From a virus (taxonomy: Duplodnaviria > Heunggongvirae > Uroviricota > Caudoviricetes): a stretch of DNA of 33,208 nt. Under the pieces are notes generated by a model, which searched no databases, was not told where the DNA came from, and was given only the letters and a program-made list of their open reading frames with translations. Made by a program: the position numbers and the translations under genes. The DNA is taken from the IMG/VR virus record IMGVR_UViG_2579778919_000008; one strand, written 5' to 3'. Shown piece by piece: positions 26,072-33,208 of the stretch. Position 1 is the first letter of the stretch. Each line of letters begins with the position of its first letter.

Positions 26072-26287
26072 TTACTTTAAAGGTTCCATTTTGCTGACGG
26101 ATATGCCACCGATTTTCCCTTCGACCCTGACAACCAGACGACCATTGCGCATATGCCAAGCTTCTGAGCGGGTTATTACGGTCTCCCGTTCGGGCATACC
26201 TGGTGTCGGGTGATACAGGAAACTGGAGCCGACAGGAAAACGCTGGTTAAATGTCTTCGCCGTCAGGTTTCTGAGCAGACTTTTCAT
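26072..26287 (-). CDS. Small protein, paralogue of 28424..28615
   Basis: 72 aa from internal Met with GGAGGA RBS; shares FNQRFPVGSSFLY motif with the other copy. Confidence 0.45.
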   Translation of the reverse strand: MKSLLRNLTAKTFNQRFPVGSSFLYHPTPGMPERETVITRSEAWHMRNGRLVVRVEGKIGGISVSKMEPLK

Positions 26288-26468
26288 CGTTCTCCTCCAT
26301 ATGTGCATCAGTTGCAATAATGCTTAATGGCCATAAGAGAAATGCGACCCAGCAATTCTGGCGGGATAAATTAGCTAATCCCACTAATCGGACCAGGATG
26401 CATGCCCAACACCAGCCAAGAGTTAAATACATCGCCAGAAATATGAGGACCAAAGCTATATCCATCAC
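26247..26468 (-). CDS. Small hydrophobic membrane protein
   Basis: 73 aa with two predicted hydrophobic helices; ATGA overlap with upstream ORF. Confidence 0.35.
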   Translation of the reverse strand: MMDIALVLIFLAMYLTLGWCWACILVRLVGLANLSRQNCWVAFLLWPLSIIATDAHMEENDEKSAQKPDGEDI

Positions 26469-26680
26469 TGAATACCCCTAAGTTTCTTGAAAGACTCAAT
26501 CGCCTTTCTCATATCAGCCTGAGTCCCCTTGTTACGAACGTTGCGGTTACTCGCATCGTAATAGTTGAATCGCAGCTTAAGAGGCACCGACAACAACTCA
26601 ACAACCTGGCTGTTATCGCGGAAGAACCAGACTCGGCGGTTTCCGTTATCCTGAAACTGGCAGCCCGTTACGCTATGCAT
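26465..26680 (-). CDS. Hypothetical small protein
   Basis: 71 aa; start overlaps the upstream NDT-like gene by 8 nt. Confidence 0.4.
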   Translation of the reverse strand: MHSVTGCQFQDNGNRRVWFFRDNSQVVELLSVPLKLRFNYYDASNRNVRNKGTQADMRKAIESFKKLRGIQ

Positions 26681-27038
26681 AACTCACCTCCGCTAATGGG
26701 TGAAGCTTACGGTGGATCGCAATCGACACACTTTCCCAGCTCTGGTAAAGGAACAGCAGGCCCAGCTCACAGGCGCGATCAAACTCTCTGGTAGCGCCGG
26801 TACTCTTTTCCCACCCGTTCAGGAGGAAAACAGCATCAGCCTGCTCAAGCATGGACAATGTAATTTGCAGGTACTGCTCATGCTGCAAGCCGTCAGGAAG
26901 AATGGCCGGATTGAGAACGGTAAAGCCGCGTTCTTCCAAGATGCGAGCCTCAGCGTTGAATTCATCACGGTTAAAGTTGTGATAACCGGTCATCGGCCCC
27001 GCTATGAAAACGACAGGTTTAAGCGGTAGTTCGCTCAT
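26673..27038 (-). CDS. Nucleoside 2-deoxyribosyltransferase-like protein (DUF4406-type)
   Basis: 121 aa; N-terminal VVFIAGPMTG followed by VLNP and ADAVFLLNGWEKSTGATRE, the pattern of NDT-like/DUF4406 proteins by recollection; GAGGAAGG RBS. Confidence 0.6.
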   Translation of the reverse strand: MSELPLKPVVFIAGPMTGYHNFNRDEFNAEARILEERGFTVLNPAILPDGLQHEQYLQITLSMLEQADAVFLLNGWEKSTGATREFDRACELGLLFLYQSWESVSIAIHRKLHPLAEVSYA

Positions 27039-27165
27039 GCTGCCTTCCTCAGCTCTACGTAAGACATTACGAATACATCGGCAGTGTAGATATCAGATCG
27101 AATATCATCGCCAGTCGCCATGAAATAGATGGCCAGCACTAATGCCATGGCATAAAACAGATATT

Positions 27166-27627
27166 TCACTTGTCTTCTCCTGTATTGCCTTTCACCAATT
27201 CCAGCAGTTCAAAATGCTCCGGGCGCATACCGTTGATACTGACCTGCACGCCACAGCACCGACACGGGTTACTAACAAACTCCAGGCCCCGTCTAGAACC
27301 TTTCAACGTTTTGATTGTTCCCTCCGTGCCAGCGGGCAATTTAGCCCAGCCATTTGCTGTTTCTCGCTTAAGAACAACGGTTGCTCCGTGCCACTCATAA
27401 AGGCGTTTGGGGTGCTTGATGGCGATTGCACGCCCTCCACCATACGGCAATGGTTTAACCAGCGCGTTTGCCCGAGCGAGCTGGACATCAAGCTCTGTAG
27501 CCAGTCGGCTGACCAGCTTTGCGATCTCGATTAAGGGGGTATCAGCATCCATTGCTGCTGCGAGTTCGTGGCCAGCTCGCACCAGTTCTCTGACTGGTGA
27601 TGTTTCCAGTTGAGGCGAGGTTTTCAT
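27166..27627 (-). CDS. Hypothetical early protein with C-terminal cysteine cluster
   Basis: 154 aa from internal Met with GGAG RBS; ATGA overlap with upstream gene; C-terminal CRCCG cluster. Confidence 0.45.
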   Translation of the reverse strand: MKTSPQLETSPVRELVRAGHELAAAMDADTPLIEIAKLVSRLATELDVQLARANALVKPLPYGGGRAIAIKHPKRLYEWHGATVVLKRETANGWAKLPAGTEGTIKTLKGSRRGLEFVSNPCRCCGVQVSINGMRPEHFELLELVKGNTGEDK

Positions 27628-28343
27628 TTTGTTACTCCGATCTGTTCGCATTTATTAGCTGAACTGCTTACCGCGTGATGCAGCTGCGCATTGCGGCCAG
27701 CCAGATACCCCTCGTTTTCCGCCTTATCCGTTCCCCTGGCTTTGCCGGGTTTACGCGGCTCCAGCTTTTTCATTCCTTCACTTAATTTCCTGCTGCGGTA
27801 GCACTCCATCAGAGTTGTCTCCGCCTCCGTGACGGCGAAATCACTGACAACGGCATAAGCACCGTTGACCCAGGCGGAGCAGAAGGTATCGGCGCGGGCA
27901 ACTTTAGTGACCTGTTTGATGTTCTTGCGTAACGTGGAGAGGTATTCACGACGGGCTTTCGCCAGTTGTTTACCCAGAACTTCGAATGAATATGCGGCGA
28001 TTTGTGGCCGTTCGTCCGGACCGTAGAACGTGATGGTCATTCTGGCCGGAGCATCCCAGTTATCCCGGCCATAACTGCTGTAAAACTTCACGCCAAATAC
28101 CCGCGATACCATCTCAGCAAGAAACGCCATGTATTCAGGCATTTTCTTTGCGTGAGATGGCGCTTTCTGGGTCGATGCTTCATTGATATCCATCAAATCA
28201 GTATCAGCCTCAGTCAGCTTGTGGGTTTCCATCAGGCGCTGGGCGCGGCTCAGCGCGAGTGCTGCTTCTTCAGCGCTGGAGTTATTACGCGCCATTGCCA
28301 GCAGTTTTTTAATACGCTGGAGATATTTCTCTTTATTTTCCAT
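27624..28343 (-). CDS. Hypothetical early protein, possibly DUF2786-like
   Basis: 239 aa; N-terminus KYLQRIKKLLAMARNNSSAEEAALALSRAQRLMETHKL resembles the DUF2786 N-terminal helix pattern by recollection; AAGGAG RBS. Confidence 0.5.
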   Translation of the reverse strand: MENKEKYLQRIKKLLAMARNNSSAEEAALALSRAQRLMETHKLTEADTDLMDINEASTQKAPSHAKKMPEYMAFLAEMVSRVFGVKFYSSYGRDNWDAPARMTITFYGPDERPQIAAYSFEVLGKQLAKARREYLSTLRKNIKQVTKVARADTFCSAWVNGAYAVVSDFAVTEAETTLMECYRSRKLSEGMKKLEPRKPGKARGTDKAENEGYLAGRNAQLHHAVSSSANKCEQIGVTK

Positions 28344-28423
28344 TACAGAACTCCTTAATTAAGGCGTAAGCCAGCCCCGACGGGTTTACGCCATATTTAA
28401 AACAGGTTTAATTAAAAGTTATT

Positions 28424-28615
28424 TCAGCCAGCAGGAATCAGCGATTTAATATTGGCGAAATAAGGTTCCTGGTTTATTTCAACTACCGATACATCGCGGC
28501 AGTCACGAGCCTGGTCAACGGTGCTGACGACCTTACCGCCACGTAAAACCGGATTTGGCTGATAAATAAAGACGCTGCCAACCGGGTATCGCTGATTGAA
28601 CTCTTTAGCTTTCAT
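28424..28615 (-). CDS. Small protein, paralogue of 26072..26287
   Basis: 63 aa from internal Met; shares FNQRYPVGSVFIY motif with the other copy. Confidence 0.45.
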   Translation of the reverse strand: MKAKEFNQRYPVGSVFIYQPNPVLRGGKVVSTVDQARDCRDVSVVEINQEPYFANIKSLIPAG

Positions 28616-28838
28616 CCGGAATCCCCCAACCACGATTCGCCGCATGAAGACAGAACTCCATTCGCGATATTGCCCAGATAGAATTGACCTCTGTTTTCGC
28701 CAGGCTGAATGCAGTTTTCCAGGCTGTTGCAGCGTTATGGAAATTGCCAACTTGCTCAGCAAGTACAGCGCTGACTGCATAAGACATAAATGGACTGCAT
28801 GGTTTACGGGCATGGGCGCGATCTACCAGAACATACAT
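28605..28838 (-). CDS. Possible small gene filling the 224-bp gap (hypothetical)
   Basis: 77-codon open frame whose ATG lies 1 nt after the upstream stop (TGATATG); no clear RBS, so uncertain. Confidence 0.3.
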   Translation of the reverse strand: MYVLVDRAHARKPCSPFMSYAVSAVLAEQVGNFHNAATAWKTAFSLAKTEVNSIWAISRMEFCLHAANRGWGIPDES

Positions 28839-28839
28839 A

Positions 28840-29490
28840 TCACACCCCCGCACCGGCAATATCGAGAGCAATCGGACGATATTCATCCGAGTCACCAACA
28901 CGTTCATACACGCGGATATAAGAACGGCTACCGACGACCTGCACCGCTTCACCGATTGCCTGCATGGCTTGCTGCCAGCGTTCATCATCAATTTCCAGGC
29001 GACGAAGTGCCAGAACGCGCCCGGTATTGATATTGCCTTCTTTGTCAGTATCAAACGCCTCATTGACCAGCGCCTTCAGCTCCGGGCGGGCACCTTCTGT
29101 CCAGTCAGCAAGACAGGTATCAATAAGCGCCTTTGCAGTCTGTATACGCTCGTCCAGGGCAATTCTGTCCTGCATGGCTCGCTGGATTTTGAAACGGCCA
29201 TCAAAGCTGTAGAGCGTGACATTACCTTTTTTACCGCCTTTGGTGGCCCCGTATTTTTCAGCCGAAAGGTCGATAAACGCCTGAATATCAGCAAAGGCGC
29301 GTGATTTCAGCTCACTCAGAGCAGAGGAAACGACAATCGCCTGCTCAACAAGTTCGCCAACGAGCTGGTCGCGATCGCGGTCGATTTCTTTAATCAGACT
29401 GACTGGCGTCAGAACGCCGCGAGCATCAGTCCAGTATCCCTCTGGAGCCTGGGTGGTAGTGTATTGTTTGATGGTGTTTTCAGTGGACAT
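28840..29490 (-). CDS. Conserved early-region protein of unknown function
   Basis: 217 aa from internal Met with GGGGAAG RBS; charged helical protein; family not recognised with certainty. Confidence 0.5.
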   Translation of the reverse strand: MSTENTIKQYTTTQAPEGYWTDARGVLTPVSLIKEIDRDRDQLVGELVEQAIVVSSALSELKSRAFADIQAFIDLSAEKYGATKGGKKGNVTLYSFDGRFKIQRAMQDRIALDERIQTAKALIDTCLADWTEGARPELKALVNEAFDTDKEGNINTGRVLALRRLEIDDERWQQAMQAIGEAVQVVGSRSYIRVYERVGDSDEYRPIALDIAGAGV

Positions 29491-29671
29491 TGGACTTCCC
29501 CTTTTTCTGGATTGCATTACGGATTTTTTCGTTAACATGGCCAGCCAGGCCATACCCCACAGTGGCTGCGACCTTCTGGGTCAGTTCACTGTCTTTTTCA
29601 TCTGGAAAAACCTGGCACTCCACACTGATGCCGCGCGGTGCATCGGTTATGCTGATTACGACTTTTGCCAC
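29480..29671 (-). CDS. Hypothetical small protein
   Basis: 63 aa with AAGGAG RBS; tightly packed after the preceding gene. Confidence 0.45.
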   Translation of the reverse strand: MAKVVISITDAPRGISVECQVFPDEKDSELTQKVAATVGYGLAGHVNEKIRNAIQKKGKSNVH

Positions 29672-29683
29672 TTATTTTCTCCT

Positions 29684-29962
29684 TCAATGAATAGATTCTG
29701 ACCAGACGACACGACAGCCGTCCTGGATGAAAAGGCCCTGGCGGTATTTACCCGATTTCCCCTGGCCATATTCGATGTAGCTGGCTTTACCGCTGGTGAG
29801 CAGGTAATCACACATGGCATGGCGCTGAATACGAATGACCGGCTGACCTTCCCGAACCACGATGCCTTTCACTTCCACGCCACGAGCCTGGAGGGAAACG
29901 ACAACAGCTTCGGTACGATACAGCGCTGAAACCAGCGTGTTATCTGATGTTAAAGTCAGCAT
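29684..29962 (-). CDS. Hypothetical early protein immediately downstream of B (kil-position)
   Basis: 92 aa; first gene after B as in Mu, but no sequence-level recognition. Confidence 0.45.
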   Translation of the reverse strand: MLTLTSDNTLVSALYRTEAVVVSLQARGVEVKGIVVREGQPVIRIQRHAMCDYLLTSGKASYIEYGQGKSGKYRQGLFIQDGCRVVWSESIH

Positions 29963-29982
29963 AAAACCCCCTTAAATCCGGA

Positions 29983-30876
29983 TTAATGGATCAGCATTTC
30001 GGCTATCTGATTGACGATATGACCGCTGACCGGAACATCATTCATTGCACTGGTACGAACTGCACCGCGCAGTAGCTTGAACAGTCGGCGGGCATTACCT
30101 TTTGATGCGTTGAACAGCGCTTTGCTCAGGTCTTCATTCAGGCCATCCGGGAGAACGCTGCTGGCGATGACGTCAATATCAGCACCCGGCAGGCTATGCC
30201 CGAGGTTGAGGGCGAAACCGACACGGCTATAGAGCTGTACGAGCTCACCGCGTTTGCCCTTGAGGTTCAGAATCAGGCGAGGCATACCAACCAGGACGAT
30301 GCCGATCCCCGTTTTGTCATGAATGCGGCGGATAGATTCCAGCGCACGCAGAGGGAGGTTCTCAGCTTCATCAATAATCAGCACGCGCCCAGAGTCGCGC
30401 AGCTTGTTGATGCAGGCTTCGCTAAGTTCATGCATATTGCCGCGGGTACTGAGCCCCAGCAGGTTGCAGAGTTCTTCCAGGATTACGCGTGCGGTGTAGC
30501 CAGGGTCGGCCTCAATCAGCAACGCATCCCGGTATTTAGAGACGTAGGCTTTGCAAATCATCGTCTTGCCCAGACCGGCTTCGCCGTAAAGCACGTTGAT
30601 ATCACCTTCGACGTGCGCCATGCGTATAACATCAACGGCTTTGCGCGTTGTTGGGGTATCAACAAATTTGACGCTGATACGTGCCGAGCGCTCTTTTTCA
30701 TGCTGACGATCGATAAAGCTACGAATATCGTTTTCCAGCGATGCAATATCGCCGTCGTATTTATTATTCAGGTACTGGCTGATTACGGCAGAGCTCTTAC
30801 CAATAGCGCGGGCGACCTGCGTCTGGTTAAGACCTTTTGCTTTCATCAGTTCGACAAGTTCATTTTTAGCTGACAT
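29983..30876 (-). CDS. B: Transposition ATPase B (MuB-like AAA+ protein)
   Basis: 297 aa; N-terminal HTH-like segment and Walker A GEAGLGKT; directly downstream of the transposase with GAGGAAG RBS. Confidence 0.85.
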   Translation of the reverse strand: MSAKNELVELMKAKGLNQTQVARAIGKSSAVISQYLNNKYDGDIASLENDIRSFIDRQHEKERSARISVKFVDTPTTRKAVDVIRMAHVEGDINVLYGEAGLGKTMICKAYVSKYRDALLIEADPGYTARVILEELCNLLGLSTRGNMHELSEACINKLRDSGRVLIIDEAENLPLRALESIRRIHDKTGIGIVLVGMPRLILNLKGKRGELVQLYSRVGFALNLGHSLPGADIDVIASSVLPDGLNEDLSKALFNASKGNARRLFKLLRGAVRTSAMNDVPVSGHIVNQIAEMLIH

Positions 30877-30921
30877 AATTACTTCCTCTGTTTTAGTAAA
30901 TCAGCGGCCTGTGATGTCCAG

Positions 30922-32979
30922 TCAGAAGGCCGCTTTTTTATTGCCCTGACTTTTCAGCCACTCTTCTCGCTCTGACTCGAACAGGAACACGTGTTCCCGG
31001 TCATCATTAATACGCTCGGCATCTGATGGTATTAATGCGCCGAAATCAGGGTACATATCGCTTTCTGGCAGCAGTCCTCGCGCCTCTGCTTCAATCTCTT
31101 CTCGCTGTTCGTCAATGCGCTTCAGACGACGTTGGCGGCGTTTCTCAACGGCGATATCCATCATGCTGGTTGGCAGCGCGGCACGCTTGTTGCCGTTCCA
31201 GATGGCGGTGCAGACATAAGTACCGTCCATACGGCGAACGATGACGGCGGCAGGGTCGTGAATGTCATAGGCAACACGAACCTCTTCACCATCGACCTGT
31301 ATCAGGTCAGCGCTGAAATACTGGTTGTTCATCAGGTCAATCCAGCCTCTCTGGGCCGTACGGCACATTTCCGGCATGAAGGCTTCACGAAGTTCGATAT
31401 CCGTCAGATATTCAATCTCGTCCCCCTCAGTGGCCAGGACCTCGCGACGGTACTGTGCTGGCGTCATATGAACACCATTACGCTTCGGTAACTCGCTGTG
31501 CTCATGCAGGTTGTTGTATTTGTCGACTTCCTCGGCAATGGTATCCAGCAGCATCTGCCATGACGGCAGTTTACGCAGCGCATTACGCTGTACGCTCGTG
31601 AGCTCGCGGCCATTCTCCTGAGCCTTAATCGCTGACTGGATGGCGCGACCGGTCATCCGGACATGCTCACGGTCGGCCCCGAATCCGTTGTAAGTATCAA
31701 ATTTGTTGGCGATCGCTCTCGGTATTACGGCGTTCAGGCGTTCGATAATCCCGCGAGACTGAGGTCGGCCAGGAATACTGGTCGGGTGATCAATCCCCAT
31801 GCGGGTGAAAATACCGGTGATATCAGCATCCAGCGTTTTGTTCGTTTCGCCGCCACCGTTATCCGAATAAACAAAAAGAGGTTTCCCGTGGAATTTCATG
31901 GCGTAGCGATAGGCATCCGCTACGGCGATGACGTTCTCCGAGAGCGCCAGGCTCCAGCCCACCAGGAAGCGGGTTCGTCCATCAATCACCAGCGTCAGTT
32001 CGGGCGTGAATGGGCGACCATGGACCGGATGAGCAACTTTCATATCCAGCGATTTACCATCCGCAATCCAGCAACCATTTACGGGCATCTGTGACCAGTC
32101 ACGTTTCTGGTAAACCTCAAAGGCCAGAGCCGCTGAACCGCTGATACGGCCGCGAGCGCGTTCACGTTTGGGCAATTTTTCCATCGCACGGCGAACGGCA
32201 TCATAAGACGGACAGACGGCGAGCATCGCTGGCTGTCCCGCATAAATAGCCTGCCATTCAGTCTTGAATGAACGCCACGCATCCACCAGGGAAGGGCCTG
32301 AGAGTTTCCGCCAGTGGGCGAGAAAATCAGGGAGCCACTTAATCTGTTCAGGCTTACGCGCTTTAAGATGGCCAGGGGCCAGTAAAGCAAGACGTTCGAT
32401 ACCTGGACGGGTTGAAAGGTAAACAGACAACCATTCCTGGAGTGTTCTTTCACCCACGCCACGGCGGCTGGAGCCTTTACGGGCATTCGCAATATCAGCC
32501 GCAGCCTGGATGTTCTCCGGCAGCGAACCCTTGCGCGACTCTTTGGCGATGAACTCAACCGCCGATGCGCGAGACATACCGATATCCCGAAGGCGCTCAA
32601 CCTCTGCGGCTAATAATGCACGCGCATCGGCGATCTGTTTCTGGCGTTCGGTAAGGTCGGAAACTTCACGCTCCAGCAATACCGGGCACTGCCGTAATAA
32701 CGCCAGCTCATCACGGGTCGTGGTGACTTCCCGCTTTGGTGCCGTTGGAGCAACTGAACAATCAGACTGTTTCAACACCTCGCGATAATGCCGGGCTTTG
32801 ACTATTTCACGCGCCTGTTCAGGCAGGCAGTCGATGTGGTACTCGAATGCTTTGCTGCCAGCACGTTTGCGAACCAGTTCAGGGGAGTTGCCTGCACTTT
32901 TTTTAAGGCTGTATCGCAGTCCTTGTTGTGTTGTTGGCAATCCAGGGACGCCAACTAATTCGTTAACAGTCACGAACAT
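30922..32979 (-). CDS. A: DDE transposase A (MuA-like)
   Basis: 685 aa; N-terminal DNA-binding domains and central catalytic core typical of MuA; start 2 nt after the ner stop. Confidence 0.9.
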   Translation of the reverse strand: MFVTVNELVGVPGLPTTQQGLRYSLKKSAGNSPELVRKRAGSKAFEYHIDCLPEQAREIVKARHYREVLKQSDCSVAPTAPKREVTTTRDELALLRQCPVLLEREVSDLTERQKQIADARALLAAEVERLRDIGMSRASAVEFIAKESRKGSLPENIQAAADIANARKGSSRRGVGERTLQEWLSVYLSTRPGIERLALLAPGHLKARKPEQIKWLPDFLAHWRKLSGPSLVDAWRSFKTEWQAIYAGQPAMLAVCPSYDAVRRAMEKLPKRERARGRISGSAALAFEVYQKRDWSQMPVNGCWIADGKSLDMKVAHPVHGRPFTPELTLVIDGRTRFLVGWSLALSENVIAVADAYRYAMKFHGKPLFVYSDNGGGETNKTLDADITGIFTRMGIDHPTSIPGRPQSRGIIERLNAVIPRAIANKFDTYNGFGADREHVRMTGRAIQSAIKAQENGRELTSVQRNALRKLPSWQMLLDTIAEEVDKYNNLHEHSELPKRNGVHMTPAQYRREVLATEGDEIEYLTDIELREAFMPEMCRTAQRGWIDLMNNQYFSADLIQVDGEEVRVAYDIHDPAAVIVRRMDGTYVCTAIWNGNKRAALPTSMMDIAVEKRRQRRLKRIDEQREEIEAEARGLLPESDMYPDFGALIPSDAERINDDREHVFLFESEREEWLKSQGNKKAAF

Positions 32980-32980
32980 G

Positions 32981-33208
32981 TCACAGGTCCTTGTTGTAAC
33001 GGCTTGGCCAGATACTGGCGGGTTCTAAATTGAGAGCATTTGCAATAATGCGCTCTCCTTTTGGATAAGAGCGTGCCAGCGCATTTTTCAGCGTGTCGGG
33101 TTTTAGTCCCGCGCTGGCGGAAAGGCCGCGCATAGTGACGCCACGCTTGTGCAGCTCGGCGACGATATCAATGCGATGCCAGTCACGCTGTACTTCATTT
33201 CTTTCCAT
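32981..33208 (-). CDS. ner: Ner-like DNA-binding regulator
   Basis: 75 aa; RDWHRIDIVAELHKRG...PKGERIIANALNLEPASIWPSRY closely resembles Mu Ner; ATG is the last three bases of the window. Confidence 0.8.
   Translation of the reverse strand: MERNEVQRDWHRIDIVAELHKRGVTMRGLSASAGLKPDTLKNALARSYPKGERIIANALNLEPASIWPSRYNKDL

Larger units (their letters stand above)
1..33208 (-). mobile_element. Mu-like transposable prophage, partial (both termini outside window)
   Basis: Gene order ner-A-B, early accessory region, mor, lysis, terminase, portal, F, G, I, T, sheath, tube, tape measure, N, P, baseplate, S/U tail fibre matches phage Mu synteny read in reverse; DDE transposase plus AAA+ B protein and no integrase. 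Confidence 0.85.

Noticed and set aside
28840-29063. Upstream part of the 152-aa minus-strand ORF 28605..29063
   Set aside because: This part overlaps the better-supported 217-aa gene in another frame; only the downstream part within the intergenic gap was kept as a low-confidence candidate.
1-33208. Looked for tRNA, rRNA, CRISPR repeats, integrase and attachment sites
   Set aside because: No regularly spaced direct repeats, no cloverleaf-like tRNA candidates and no tyrosine or serine integrase ORF were seen; prophage ends and host junctions lie outside the window.

Overview
The window is almost entirely one Mu-like transposable prophage of enterobacterial type, lying in reverse orientation, so nearly all genes are on the minus strand. 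From the right edge leftwards: ner, transposase A and ATPase B; a tightly packed early accessory region of small genes (29962 to 25534); a Mor/C-family activator; an AT-rich secreted-protein moron; a lysis cassette (GH19-type endolysin, holin-like protein, embedded spanin pair); terminase, portal, F, G, I and major head genes; then sheath, tube, a tail chaperone with an apparent -1 frameshift site, tape measure, baseplate genes, and at the left edge a G-segment-like tail-fibre switch (S and U on minus, convergent with U' and a 5'-truncated S' on plus). The c repressor and left terminus, and the expected invertase and right terminus, lie outside the window. No tRNA, rRNA, CRISPR array or integrase was seen. 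The points most worth follow-up are a thrice-repeated 18-bp motif upstream of lys, I and a baseplate gene; the AT-rich secreted moron; the early cluster containing a nucleoside-deoxyribosyltransferase-like protein and two paralogous small proteins; and the invertible tail-fibre module with two unrelated distal domains. All family assignments are from reading the translations and recalling Mu gene order; no database search or computation was run.
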